Assembly (NCBI GenBank): GCA_020184695.1
Contig: JAANOX010000046.1
Coordinates: 78,466 to 142,465 of the forward strand
DNA length: 64,000 bases
Source: Histomonas meleagridis 2922-C6/04-290x
Taxonomy: Eukaryota; Protista; Parabasalia
Direction: 5' to 3'
How positions within the stretch are numbered: position 1 is the stretch's first letter; the number at the start of each line of letters is the position of its first letter. Below the pieces are notes generated by a model. That model made no database searches and was not told the DNA's origin. It saw nothing but the letters and a program-made list of their open reading frames with translations. The translations under genes were made by a program, and so were the position numbers. This document shows, piece by piece, positions 1 through 10,645 of this stretch.

Positions 1-1
1 T

Positions 2-661
2 GTTCCGCCAGATATCAATACTACACCCAAAAAGACTAAAGAAGAAGTAGAGTTTCCAAAACTCGAAAGATCAAAGATATCTTCAGCGCCAGTTCAACGC
101 CCACGACGAATTCCAGGCACTACTCCAATTACATTTTACGGCGGAGTATCAAATGTTTTAACAGAAGATGAAATATGTAAAATTCGATGCGTTTTGCCAT
201 CACGTTTCCGTTCTCTTAATTGGAAACTTCTATTTCAATTATCGCGTGATGGATCAAGTTACACATCTTTCTATAGTAGTACACATGGCTATCAACCACT
301 CGTAATGATAATTTCTAATCAATACGGGGATAAAATCGGAGCTTATATTTCGAAAGGATTAAAGATGTCAAAGCAATATTATGGATCTGGTGAAACATTT
401 GTATTCAGATATAATCCTGACTTCGAATATTTCCCATGGAAAGAAACACATTCAAACCAATACTTCGTTTCAAGTTCAAGTAAAAATGTTGGCATTGGCG
501 GTGGCGGAACATCAGCAATTTGGATTGATGGAAATTTATTGAATGCTTTCTCAGAAGCTTGTTCGACATTTAATTCTCCAAGTTTAACAAAACAAGTTAA
601 GTTCAAGGTAAGAGAACTTGAAGTATGGACTATATGTCAGAAGAGACAGCAGGAGCGCTAA
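2..661 (+). CDS. TLDc-domain (OXR1/NCOA7-like) protein, 5'-partial (frame is open from the window edge)
   Basis: Frame open from nt 2 to TAA at 661. Contains WKLLFQLSRDGSSY, YYGSGETFVF and IGGGG..AIWIDGNL..AFSEACSTFNSPSL..VRELEVW, the TLDc signature. Confidence 0.9.
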   Translation, partial: VPPDINTTPKKTKEEVEFPKLERSKISSAPVQRPRRIPGTTPITFYGGVSNVLTEDEICKIRCVLPSRFRSLNWKLLFQLSRDGSSYTSFYSSTHGYQPLVMIISNQYGDKIGAYISKGLKMSKQYYGSGETFVFRYNPDFEYFPWKETHSNQYFVSSSSKNVGIGGGGTSAIWIDGNLLNAFSEACSTFNSPSLTKQVKFKVRELEVWTICQKRQQER

Positions 662-759
662 GAGGAATTATCTTTAATGTGTTCACTGTGAATAAACATT
701 AATTAATTAAAGTGTGATGCCGACGATAGAAGTTTGATGTGGCACGTCACTTTTAATTG

Positions 760-1023
760 AAATTTGGAGATGAGAGACCTCATAGAAAATTTTGAATGAA
801 AAATAAACTTTTAGATCCCGGAGCTTATTCCTGGATGGTGAGTACCTTTCCTGAAATTTAGATAGGTTCTACAGATGAGGCCTCCTGCCTCAACCCCTCT
901 ATTGTTTTGGGATAAGGAAGTGGGCTCTTGAGACGATGGAATCGGAGCACCCCAAATCAAGTTTTCACTTTTGTGTGAATGTATAATTCAATATTTTCTA
1001 TGAGATCTCGCAATTCCAAATTT
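760..1023. mobile_element. MITE-like element or long hairpin: 38-bp imperfect terminal inverted repeats around a GC-richer core
   Basis: 760-797 is the reverse complement of 986-1023 at 33/38 positions (hand count). Interior 810-960 is visibly GC-richer than the flanks. No ORF and no clear TSD. Confidence 0.5.
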
Positions 1024-1230
1024 ACCCCTAAACACCAATGAATCACTTACATCAATAAAAAAAGCAATTTTTAGCTTGAATGAAGAAAATTTCTCTAAAT
1101 CTTTAGGTTTAATAATTAACAAATTTGATGAAATTCATCCCATATCTTATGATTTGGTGTAAATCAAAAATATAATTTAGAATTTAGTACAACTAAATTT
1201 TATATATATACATGGATATAATTTATTAAG

Positions 1231-4200
1231 TTATTTTTTGTAACCAAGTGCTTTCCATACATTACTTAAATCATCGCCATCGAAAACGTATCTAGTGTGA
1301 TTCGCTCCGGTGTACTGCGGATATCTTGTTTTGAGTTGGAACTTGGAGTCATGAGTTTCTCCATAATTCGTTTCTTTTGGTCTACGATTCATTTGATTCA
1401 TATCATTATGAAATGAAAATGTTTCATGTTGATCATTTGGATGCATATGAAATTCATTTTTATCATTCAACACATTTTCGTGGTGTTTATCATCGTTCAT
1501 TTCGATTCCTGAATGATTTAAATGCTCTAAGTTATTGCTTTCTTTGAGTTTTTCCTCTGTTTGTCCTTTAGAAGGAGAAATGTTTGCTGGACTTTTAACT
1601 GTTTCAACTTTAATTTGCAACTTATTTTCTGGATTATTATCTATTTCTCTTTGAGTTTGTAAATTATTTTCTGTGTTTTCATTCGTTTCAACTTCAGTTT
1701 GTAACTTATTTTCTGGGGTTTTGATAATTGTTTCTCTTTTAGTGAGTGAATTATTTTCTGTGTTTTCACTTCTTTGTGTTTTAGTTTGTGTATTATTTTC
1801 AGGATTTTTATTGTCTGATTGCGATTTATTTTCGGTGTTTTTATCTGTTTTGATTTTCGTTTGTGAATTTGCACTTGAATTTACTGTTTTATTGTTTGTC
1901 TTTGATCTGTTTTCTAATGATTTATTTGTTTTTGAAATTTTTTCCACATTTCTATTTTCTATTTTATTATTTGTTTTTGATTCTGATTTATTTTGTGGAT
2001 TTGCATTTGTTGTTTCAATTTTTGGTTGCAATTTATTTTCTATTTTATTATTTGTTTTTGCGTTTTGTGGATTTGTATTTACTGTTTCAGTTTTGTTTTG
2101 AGGATTTGTATTTGTTGTTTCAATTTTATTTTGTGGATTTGTATTTGTTGTTTCAGTTTTCTTTTGTGGATTTGTATTGACTGTTTCAATTTTTGGTTGC
2201 AATTTATTTTCTATTTTATTATTTGTTTTTGCGTTTTGTGGATTTGTATTTACTGTTTCAATTTTATTTTGAGGATTTGTATTTGTTGTTTCAATTTTAT
2301 TTTGTGGATTTGTATTTACTGTTTCAATTTTATTTTGTGGATTTGTATTTGTTGTTTCAATTTTATTTTGTGGATTTGTATTTGTTGTTTCAATTTTTGG
2401 TTGCAATTTATTTTCTATTTTATTATTTGTTTTTGCGTTTTGTGGATTTGTATTTACTGTTTCAATTTTATTTTGTGGATTTGTATTTGTTGTTTCAATT
2501 TTATTTTGTGGATTTGTATTTGTTGTTTCAATTTTATTTTGTGGATTTGTATTTGTTGTTTCAATTTTTGGTTGCAATTTATTTTCTATTTTATTATTTG
2601 TTTTTGCGTTTTGTGGATTTGTATTTACTGTTTCAATTTTATTTTGTGGATTTGTATTTGTTGTTTCAATTTTATTTTGTGGATTTGTATTTGTTGTTTC
2701 AGTTTTCTTTTGTGGATTTGTATTGACTGTTTCAATTTTTGGTTGCAATTTATTTTCTATTTTATTATTTGTTTTTGCGTTTTGTGGATTTGTATTTACT
2801 GTTTCAATTTTATTTTGAGGATTTGTATTTGTTGTTTCAATTTTATTTTGTGGATTTGTATTTACTGTTTCAATTTTATTTTGTGGATTTGTATTTGTTG
2901 TTTCAATTTTATTTTGTGGATTTGTATTTGTTGTTTCAATTTTATTTTGTGGATTTGTATTTACTGTTTCAATTTTATTTTGTGGATTTGTATTTGTTGT
3001 TTCAATTTTATTTTGTGGATTTGTATTTGTTGTTTCAATTTTTGGTTGCAATTTATTTTCTATTTTATTATTTGTTTTTGCGTTTTGTGGATTTGTCTTA
3101 ACTGTTTCATTTTTTGGCTGATTAATTGCTTTATTTTCAGTTAATTTGTTTTCCTTTTGTAATTTATTATTTAATTTTGGAACTCCGAATATTATTTCGT
3201 CATTGTCATCTTTCCTATTTATTATAACTTTGATATTTGGCTTTTTTGTTTTTCTTATTTTTTTAAGTTTTGCATTTTCACTTTTTTCTTCTTTTGAAGT
3301 TTCGTCGATTTGTTCATTTTTCACTGATTCAATTAATGGTTTTTCATTTATATTTTCTTGATTTTTATTATCTTTAGATATTAAAACTTGAGAATTTGGT
3401 ATTTCTTTGTTCTTTTCGATACTTATTTCGAGTTTTGGTTCTTCTTTTTCTTTATCTGTTTTAATTTCGTTCAAAATGATTTTATTGGAAATGTTTTCTT
3501 CGATTTTTTCTTTTTGTGGGATTACTTCAATTTTTTGCTTTTCTGAAATATTTTCTTTATTTTCATGTTTTCCTGTTTTAATTTGTGGTTTAGTTTCAGT
3601 TTTATTTTCATTTCTTATGTTACTTCGTAAAGGTATTTCTCTTGTCTTATTTTGGGGATTTTGTCTTTTGCTTTTGTTGTTTTCTGGTTTTACTTCTTTA
3701 TGTATATCAAAATCAAGTTTGTGCTCTTGAATGACTTTTTCATTTTCTTTGTTTGGATTTATTTCTTTTTCTTGTTTTTCTTCAATTTTCTCTTCTTTCT
3801 TTTCATTTTGGATATTAATTTCGACTTTTGGTTCTTCTTTTGTTTCGGGGCTCCTTTCTTTTTGCATAACAATTTCGAGTTTTGGTTCTGGTTTATTAAT
3901 TTCATTTTTACTTTCATTAATATTTTCTTTATCTTTTTCGCTTTCATGAAAAGTTTGTTTTATTTCTTTTTCTTTATCTTGTTTTTCATCATTTTTATTA
4001 TCTTTCTGATTGTTAATTTGAAGTTTTGGTTCTGGTTTATTAATTTCATTTTTACTTTCATTAATATTTTCTTTATCTTTTTCGCTTTCATGAAAAGTTT
4101 GTTTTATTTCTTTTTCTTTATCTTGTTTTTCATCATTTTTATTATCTTTCTGATTGTTAATTTGAAGTTTTGGTTCTTCTATTTTTTTCTCTATTGGTTT

Positions 4201-7005
4201 TGGCTCCACTTTATCTTTGTTTTGATATGTTTCTTCTTGTTTTTCGCCTTTATTACTATCTATGACTTTTTTGTCATCTTTTTCTTTGTTAATTTCATGA
4301 CTTTTATCTTTGTGTATATTAATTTCAAGTTTTGGTTCATTTTTAATTTCTTCTTTCTTCTCTTCATGTTTTTCATTTTTATTCGCAATAATTTCATTTT
4401 GTTTTTGATTTTTAGTGTTATGGAAATTATTTATGTTTTGTTCTTTGGTTCTATTTTGAATATTCTTTTCTTTAACTTCTTCTTTCTTGTCAACTTTGTG
4501 AATATTAATTTGCAGTTTTGGTTCGTTTTTACTTTCTTCTTCTTTTTTGTTTGCTTCAGTTGGTTTTTCTTCACTTTTAGTCATTTTATGACTTTCTTCT
4601 TTATCCTTTTCAGTAATTTTTTCCTCCTTTACATTGTTTTGACTCTTTGGTTCTTCTTTTACTTCCTTTTGTATGTTAACTTCGAGTTTTGGTTCATTGT
4701 TTATTTCTTTCCCTTCGTTATCTTTCTGTATATTAATTTCGAGTTTTGGTTCATTGTTTATTTCTTTCCCTTCGTTATCTTTCTGTATGTTAACTTCGAG
4801 TTTTGGTTCATTGTTTATTTCTTTCCCTTCGTTATCTTTCTGTATATTAATTTCAAGTTTTGGCTCATTTTTAATTTCTTCTTTCTTCACTATTTTTATT
4901 TCCTTTTCATCTTGTTTGTGAATTGGATTTATTTCGATTTGATTTCTATTATTCTCTTTTACAATGTTTTGCTCTTTTGGTTCTTCTTTCTTGTCATCTT
5001 TTTGTATGTTAATTTCAAGCTTTGGATCAACTTTCTTTTCTTGTTGTTTATTAATTACATTATTTTTATTTACTATATTTTCTGGTTGATTTTCTTTTCT
5101 ATTATTTAATTCTCTATTTTTATTTTCGTCTTTAGCAATGTTTTGCTCTTTTGGATCCTCTCTCTTGTCATCCTTCTGTATATTAATTTCAAGTTTTGGT
5201 TCATTCTTAATTTCTTCTTTCTTATTCGTTTGAATCTGTTTTGGTTCTTCTTTCTTATTCACTTGAATCGGTTTTGGTTCAATTTTCTTTTCGTCTTGTT
5301 TGTTGGTTAAATTATTTTTGTTTACTATATTTTCGGGTTGATTTTCTTTTCTATTATTTAATTCTCTATTTTTATTTTCGTCTTTAGTAATGTTTTGCTC
5401 TTTTGGATCCTCTCTCTTGTCATCCTTCTGTATATTAATTTCAAGTTTTGGTTCATTCTTAATTTCTTCTTTCTTATTCGTTTGAATCTGTTTTGGTTCT
5501 TCTTTCTTTTCATCTTTTTGCATATTAATTCTAATTTTTGGTTCATTATTAATTTCTTCTTTCTTATTCGTTTGAATCTGTTTTGGTTCTTCTTTCTTTT
5601 CATCTTTTTGTATGTTAATTTCAAATTTTGGTTCATTCTTATTTATTTGAATCGGTTTTGGTTCAATTTTCTTTTCTTCTTGTTCATTATTTACATTTTG
5701 TTTGTTTACAATATTTTCTGATTGATTCTCTTTTCTGTTATTACTTAATTCTTTAGCAATGTTTTGATTTTTTGGTTCTTCTTTCTTTTCATCCTTTTGT
5801 ATATTAATTTCAAGCTTTGTTTCTTCCTTATTTTCTTCTTTCTTATTTATTTCGATTGGCTTTGGTTGAATTTTCAATTCTTCTTGTTTATTGTTTATGT
5901 CATTTTCCATTTGTTTTTCATTTTTATCATTTATTTCTTTGTTTTCCTTATGTTCCTTATTATCATCAATTAGACTTGTTTCATTGTTAATGTTTTGTTC
6001 TTTCAGTTCTTCCTTAGCTTTACTTACATTGATTTCAAGTTTTGGCCCATTTTTGATTTCTTCATTTGGATTTAATTTCGATTGATTTTCCTCTTCTTTC
6101 TTTGTTTCATTGTTTTCTTTCAAATTCTTTTTGTTATTTATTTTTCGTTTTGGTTTATTTTTATTTTGCAAAGGAATTTCATGCTTTGGTTCTTCATTTT
6201 TGATTTCTTTATTCGAAGTGAATTCATTTTTCTTTATATTATTTGTTGGTTTCTTTTTAGGTTTAATTTTCTCTTCTTGATTATTATCAAGTTGATTTTT
6301 GTTAGAAAGTTTAATTTTAATTTTTTTGTTTTGCTCGTTTTCTGGTTTAAGTTGTGAATTATTTTCTTCAATTTGTTTTTCGTTTTCTTTTCTTTTAAGT
6401 TTGTTATTTTTCTCTTTTTCTGAATTGGTTTTGTTCTTAAGTTGCTTTTCTTCCTTTTCATATTCTGTCTGATCTTTCTCTTTTTGTTGATTATTGATTT
6501 GCTGTATATCATCATGATGAGGTTTGATTTTTTCATGAGTTACCTTTTCAACTTTGGGCTTTACTATAGAATATTTTAACTTTTGAACTGGTTGTGGTTC
6601 AACTACTGTCATTCCATCCTGTTCTATGAATAATTCTCTTCGAGCAGTTGATGATTTCTGTGGTTGGACAGGAAGATCACTTTTCGGAGTTCCTTTTGGC
6701 CTTACAGAACTCGATCTATGAATAGGACTTATAAAAAATGGAGAAATAAAAATTTTTCTTTTTGATTTATAAATTTCATTTAGAAGTCTAATATTTTGCC
6801 TATCAATATCCATTTGAAGTTTGTTATCTTTTCCTTGTTGTTTCTTGTAAACAGCAAGTCTTGGAACACTTGGTGGTGGGGTAGTATTTAGATGTCCTTT
6901 TAATGATGATATTTCTTCTAATGCCTTTTTATGCCGTTTGTATGCTCTTTCTTTGTCTTCAACATCTAGAATTGGAGAAGGAGCTAAATCTTCTTTGTTC
7001 AACAT
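1231..7005 (-). CDS. 1924-aa K/E/N/Q-rich repetitive protein with N-terminal CFAP97/Hemingway-like domain
   Basis: Uninterrupted 5.8-kb ORF with ATG at 7005. N-terminus AYKRHKKALEEI..HLNTTPP..PRL..KK.Q...DIDRQNIRLLNEI resembles the CFAP97 domain (by eye). Body has recurrent EPKLEINIQK motifs and several tandem arrays. Confidence 0.75.
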   Translation of the reverse strand: MLNKEDLAPSPILDVEDKERAYKRHKKALEEISSLKGHLNTTPPPSVPRLAVYKKQQGKDNKLQMDIDRQNIRLLNEIYKSKRKIFISPFFISPIHRSSSVRPKGTPKSDLPVQPQKSSTARRELFIEQDGMTVVEPQPVQKLKYSIVKPKVEKVTHEKIKPHHDDIQQINNQQKEKDQTEYEKEEKQLKNKTNSEKEKNNKLKRKENEKQIEENNSQLKPENEQNKKIKIKLSNKNQLDNNQEEKIKPKKKPTNNIKKNEFTSNKEIKNEEPKHEIPLQNKNKPKRKINNKKNLKENNETKKEEENQSKLNPNEEIKNGPKLEINVSKAKEELKEQNINNETSLIDDNKEHKENKEINDKNEKQMENDINNKQEELKIQPKPIEINKKEENKEETKLEINIQKDEKKEEPKNQNIAKELSNNRKENQSENIVNKQNVNNEQEEKKIEPKPIQINKNEPKFEINIQKDEKKEEPKQIQTNKKEEINNEPKIRINMQKDEKKEEPKQIQTNKKEEIKNEPKLEINIQKDDKREDPKEQNITKDENKNRELNNRKENQPENIVNKNNLTNKQDEKKIEPKPIQVNKKEEPKQIQTNKKEEIKNEPKLEINIQKDDKREDPKEQNIAKDENKNRELNNRKENQPENIVNKNNVINKQQEKKVDPKLEINIQKDDKKEEPKEQNIVKENNRNQIEINPIHKQDEKEIKIVKKEEIKNEPKLEINIQKDNEGKEINNEPKLEVNIQKDNEGKEINNEPKLEINIQKDNEGKEINNEPKLEVNIQKEVKEEPKSQNNVKEEKITEKDKEESHKMTKSEEKPTEANKKEEESKNEPKLQINIHKVDKKEEVKEKNIQNRTKEQNINNFHNTKNQKQNEIIANKNEKHEEKKEEIKNEPKLEINIHKDKSHEINKEKDDKKVIDSNKGEKQEETYQNKDKVEPKPIEKKIEEPKLQINNQKDNKNDEKQDKEKEIKQTFHESEKDKENINESKNEINKPEPKLQINNQKDNKNDEKQDKEKEIKQTFHESEKDKENINESKNEINKPEPKLEIVMQKERSPETKEEPKVEINIQNEKKEEKIEEKQEKEINPNKENEKVIQEHKLDFDIHKEVKPENNKSKRQNPQNKTREIPLRSNIRNENKTETKPQIKTGKHENKENISEKQKIEVIPQKEKIEENISNKIILNEIKTDKEKEEPKLEISIEKNKEIPNSQVLISKDNKNQENINEKPLIESVKNEQIDETSKEEKSENAKLKKIRKTKKPNIKVIINRKDDNDEIIFGVPKLNNKLQKENKLTENKAINQPKNETVKTNPQNAKTNNKIENKLQPKIETTNTNPQNKIETTNTNPQNKIETVNTNPQNKIETTNTNPQNKIETTNTNPQNKIETVNTNPQNKIETTNTNPQNKIETVNTNPQNAKTNNKIENKLQPKIETVNTNPQKKTETTNTNPQNKIETTNTNPQNKIETVNTNPQNAKTNNKIENKLQPKIETTNTNPQNKIETTNTNPQNKIETTNTNPQNKIETVNTNPQNAKTNNKIENKLQPKIETTNTNPQNKIETTNTNPQNKIETVNTNPQNKIETTNTNPQNKIETVNTNPQNAKTNNKIENKLQPKIETVNTNPQKKTETTNTNPQNKIETTNTNPQNKTETVNTNPQNAKTNNKIENKLQPKIETTNANPQNKSESKTNNKIENRNVEKISKTNKSLENRSKTNNKTVNSSANSQTKIKTDKNTENKSQSDNKNPENNTQTKTQRSENTENNSLTKRETIIKTPENKLQTEVETNENTENNLQTQREIDNNPENKLQIKVETVKSPANISPSKGQTEEKLKESNNLEHLNHSGIEMNDDKHHENVLNDKNEFHMHPNDQHETFSFHNDMNQMNRRPKETNYGETHDSKFQLKTRYPQYTGANHTRYVFDGDDLSNVWKALGYKK
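1990..3081 (-). repeat. Coding higher-order tandem array: 26 x 33-nt units (KIET[T/V]NTNPQN) punctuated by 6 x 39-nt linkers (AKTNNKIENKLQP)
   Basis: Read from the translation: blocks of 8,4,4,5,4,1 units. 26x33 + 6x39 = 1092 nt, matching the span. Confidence 0.95.
3878..4160 (-). repeat. Near-perfect 144-nt (48-aa) tandem duplication inside the giant ORF
   Basis: agttttggttct recurs at 3878 and 4022, with near-identical sequence following. Confidence 0.85.
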
Positions 7006-7063
7006 CTAGAAAAATACGTTATAACTATTTGAATGGAATACGTTAACAGTGCAAATTATCCAA
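7006..7063. promoter_or_regulatory. 58-nt bidirectional promoter between two putative flagellar genes
   Basis: Divergent ATGs at 7005 and 7064. AATACGTTA occurs twice in the gap. Confidence 0.5.
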
Positions 7064-7753
7064 ATGGCATCCAAGAAAGTACCAACAATGACCGCAAATC
7101 AAGCGCTTCAAATATGGGCGCAACAACACCCTGATGAGCGTCTTGAAGAGGTAGAAGAAGTTGGACTTCAAGCTCAAAATCCACCGATTAAAACAATGAC
7201 TGAAAGAATTGCTCAATTAGCAAATTGTAAAAAACTTCTAATCAGCACGAATAACATAGAAGAAATTCAATTTTTACCACCACGCATTGAAATTCTTTCA
7301 ATTGGAAGAAATATGTTGAAAAGACTTGATAAAATTGAAAAAGCGGCAGCAACATTACAACAATTATGGATGAGCTACAATAATGTTAAATCATTTGCAC
7401 CACTTGTTCAATGTAAAAGACTTCGTGTTTTATATGCAGCTCATAATAACATATCACAACTCAGCGAAATCGATCGATTAGGCCAACTACCAAATCTTGA
7501 GGATATTGTACTCATTGGAAATCCTCTTTATAACGATTTGAACAAGAAAGGAACATATCGACAAGAAATCTTAAGAAGGCTCAAGAAACTTCAAGTACTT
7601 GATGGAGTCGCACTTACGCAACTACAGTCAGAGAACAACAATCCTCCACAACAAGAGCCTCCTTCAATTGCTGTATCAGGAATTGCTTCAAGAGCGCAAA
7701 CACCAAGAAGAGAAACAACTGCATCATCAAAAAGAAACGACTCGTATAAATAA
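7064..7753 (+). CDS. DNAL1: Axonemal dynein light chain 1 (LC1), SDS22-type LRR
   Basis: T..QALQIW...V.LQAQNPPI..M...LANC.KL.ISTNNIE...LSIGRN...LQQLWMSYN...LRVLY..HN...L.L.GNPL matches LC1. ATG at 7064 preferred over the GTG at 7049. Confidence 0.9.
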   Translation: MASKKVPTMTANQALQIWAQQHPDERLEEVEEVGLQAQNPPIKTMTERIAQLANCKKLLISTNNIEEIQFLPPRIEILSIGRNMLKRLDKIEKAAATLQQLWMSYNNVKSFAPLVQCKRLRVLYAAHNNISQLSEIDRLGQLPNLEDIVLIGNPLYNDLNKKGTYRQEILRRLKKLQVLDGVALTQLQSENNNPPQQEPPSIAVSGIASRAQTPRRETTASSKRNDSYK

Positions 7754-8539
7754 AGAAAATATATGAAATAATATATAGTGGAATAAATTCATATTATTTG
7801 ACAATGAGAAAATGCATAGGGAATAGTATGTATTATGAAAGTAAATGTGGAAAAATATACTTTGGATATATTACCAAAAGAATAAACATCAATTATTGAT
7901 TCAAGTGATATTTTTATATATTCGTATCAAATATGGCACATGACGGATTTATCCAAGCCTGCTTAAGCTCAGAACTACAATGGATGAACGAACAACCAGA
8001 GTTCCAAAAGAAAGACAATGTTTGAACCTTTATATAATTTCACAAAACTAAGCATGAAACATTCATCCATTTTGTTTTGGTAAAATTCATAACAATACAA
8101 AGCGATATCGCTTATCTAAATTCTGTTTTTATATGGAAAATAATAAAATCTTCATTTAATGAATGTAAAAAATAGAATTTAACAAACTTTGAAGATGATT
8201 TTTCAAAATCAATTTCTTTTTTGCTCTTGTTAATTAAGGTTTTTCAATTACATAGAAACATTACTCAATTGCCTAAAGCATTTCAAAGCAAGCAAACTTT
8301 TTCTTTTCTTAGCAATGGTTAACCTTCATGTAGAAGTTTGTCTCCTATTCGTATGATAAGGCTTAGGAATGCACTTCCTACACTTGTTACAAATGTCGTT
8401 GACCACTAACTTAGTCGAACATTGTGTTCCGTGATGTTATTTTGATAATTCCAAAACGCACATTAATATATAACTGAATGTGATCGCATTAATGCATTTG
8501 CAAAGTGTAAAAGTTTAAGTACTTATTATCTATGCAAAT

Positions 8540-10498
8540 TTATTTATCATTTTTCTTTTCATTTTCTTTTTCACTTTGTCCTTCGTTTTCTTTCTTATCC
8601 TTTTTCTCTTCATTTGCACCTTGGGCAGCCTCGTTGATAGCGCTGTACATTTCCATTGACGTTGTCTTCAATATTTCGTATTTTTCGTCTGCCAATTTCA
8701 TATCTGTACCATTCAAAGCGTCTCTTAACTCCTTAATTTGTTTCCTTAATTTGGACAACAAATTCACCGGCAACTTTTTCTCGTATTCATTAATTTGTTT
8801 CTCGACACCTCTGCAATATTCCTCCATATCATATTTCTTTTGGACTATTTCCTTTTGTTCCTTATCTTCTTTTGCATGTTTCTCAGCGTCTTCAACCATC
8901 TTTGCGATTTCTTCTTGGCTTAGTCCTCCATGTTGTTGGATGACTATATCTTGTTCCTTACCGCTTGACTTATCGCGTGCTGAAACATGTACAATAGAGT
9001 TAGCATCGATTTCAAACGTAACTTCGATTTGTGGTACTCCTTTAGGTGCTGGTGGAATTCCAACTAATGTAAACTCGCCAAGTAACTTATTGCCAACAAC
9101 CATTTCACGCTCGCCTTGATATACATGTATACCGACTTGTGATTGTCCATCACTTGCAGTAGTGAACACATTACTCTTTTTACATGGAACTACAGTATTA
9201 CGTGGAATTATTGGAGCAAATACTCCGCCAACTGTTTCGATACCTAATGATAATGGAGTCACATCTAATAATACAATGTCTTTCATGTCGCCTCTGATAA
9301 TTGAGCCTTGAATTGCTGCTCCAATGGCAACAACTTCATCTGGATTTACCCCTCTAAATGGATCTTTGCCAAAGAACTCTTGAACACTACTGATGACTTT
9401 GGGCATTCGCGTCATACCACCAACCATTATAACTTCGTTGATGTCGTTCTTCGTGATTCCGGCGTCTTTGAGACATGCGGTACATGGCGCTATCGTTCGT
9501 TTGATTAAGTCGGCAGATAAATCTTCGAATTTTTGGCGTGTGATGGACATTTGTAAATGTTTCGGTCCAGCGGCAGTTACAGTGATGTATGGAAGATTGA
9601 TTTCGGTCTTGAGCATTGTTGATAATTCGCATTTGGCCTTTTCGACAGCTTCACGGACTCGTTGCATAGCCATGGAATCCTTTAACAAATCAACGCCTTC
9701 AGCTTTCTTGAATTCTGAAATGACATAATTCATTAAGACGGAATCAAAATCTTCACCGCCTAAAAAGGTGTCGCCATTAGTGGCTTTAACTTCGAAGATT
9801 CCATCTTTGCTGATTTCAAGAATGGAAATATCAAAGGTTCCACCACCAAGATCGAAAACTGCAATTGTTTGACCTTCTTTACGATCAACTCCATAGGCTA
9901 AGGCAGCTGCTGTGGGTTCGTTAACTATACGCTCGACTTCAAGACCTGCAATTTTGCCTGCATCTTTAGTGGCTTGACGTTGGGAATCATTGAAATATGC
10001 TGGAACTGTAACAACTGCTTTGGTAACAGTGTTGCCAAGATAGTTTTCGGCTGTTTCCTTCATCTTTCCGAGAACAAAAGCACCGATTTGTGATGGGGAA
10101 TAAAGATTCGATTTTTCATCACGGACCCAAGCATCACCATTTTTAGCCTTTACAATCTCATATGGAACCATAGATTTGGATTTAGTTACCATTTCATCAC
10201 TATATGTACGACCAATTAATCTCTTAGTTGCGAAAAATGTCGATTTCGTATTGGTGACCATTTGTCTCTTTGCATGCTCACCTACAAGACGTTGACCATC
10301 TTTAGTAAAAGCAACAATAGAAGGAGTAGTTCTAGAACCTTCAGCATTTGTTAAAACTTTAGGTGAGCCACCTTCAACAATAGCCACACATGAGTTGGTA
10401 GTACCAAGATCTATACCAATAATAGGAGATTCTTTTGGCTTAGAAGCAAATAGTCTAGTAAATAAGGATTTGCTTTGTTTCGAAAACGAGCCAAGCAT
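8540..10498 (-). CDS. HSP70: Mitochondrial-type (hydrogenosomal) Hsp70/DnaK
   Basis: [36 protein letters not shown] and [11 protein letters not shown] motifs. The short N-terminal leader [17 protein letters not shown] resembles hydrogenosomal presequences. Confidence 0.95.
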   Translation of the reverse strand: MLGSFSKQSKSLFTRLFASKPKESPIIGIDLGTTNSCVAIVEGGSPKVLTNAEGSRTTPSIVAFTKDGQRLVGEHAKRQMVTNTKSTFFATKRLIGRTYSDEMVTKSKSMVPYEIVKAKNGDAWVRDEKSNLYSPSQIGAFVLGKMKETAENYLGNTVTKAVVTVPAYFNDSQRQATKDAGKIAGLEVERIVNEPTAAALAYGVDRKEGQTIAVFDLGGGTFDISILEISKDGIFEVKATNGDTFLGGEDFDSVLMNYVISEFKKAEGVDLLKDSMAMQRVREAVEKAKCELSTMLKTEINLPYITVTAAGPKHLQMSITRQKFEDLSADLIKRTIAPCTACLKDAGITKNDINEVIMVGGMTRMPKVISSVQEFFGKDPFRGVNPDEVVAIGAAIQGSIIRGDMKDIVLLDVTPLSLGIETVGGVFAPIIPRNTVVPCKKSNVFTTASDGQSQVGIHVYQGEREMVVGNKLLGEFTLVGIPPAPKGVPQIEVTFEIDANSIVHVSARDKSSGKEQDIVIQQHGGLSQEEIAKMVEDAEKHAKEDKEQKEIVQKKYDMEEYCRGVEKQINEYEKKLPVNLLSKLRKQIKELRDALNGTDMKLADEKYEILKTTSMEMYSAINEAAQGANEEKKDKKENEGQSEKENEKKNDK

Positions 10499-10645
10499 TT
10501 GAACGATAAAATTTAAATAGTCAATTCACAAACCTCCGATATTCTGTGATTTAAACGCGCTCATAAGTGGCCGGCGAAATTGAAAAATTGAATAAAAAGT
10601 GAAGTTGTATATTGATTTTTATTTTACAACAGATGTATTTATTTA

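Noticed and set aside
1641-6536. Many long F/L/I/C-rich ORFs on the + strand and short alternate-frame ORFs (e.g. 1993-3144, 3652-5109)
   Set aside because: Shadow frames of the A-rich repetitive minus-strand ORF. The antisense of K/E/N codons rarely yields stops.
7760-8530. Intergenic stretch with patches of coding-like, Cys-containing sequence
   Set aside because: No frame or motif could be reconstructed with confidence. A translated search is needed.
8532-9728. Antisense ORFs opposite Hsp70
   Set aside because: Long antisense frames are a known by-product of Hsp70 codon usage, and these are short and fragmented.
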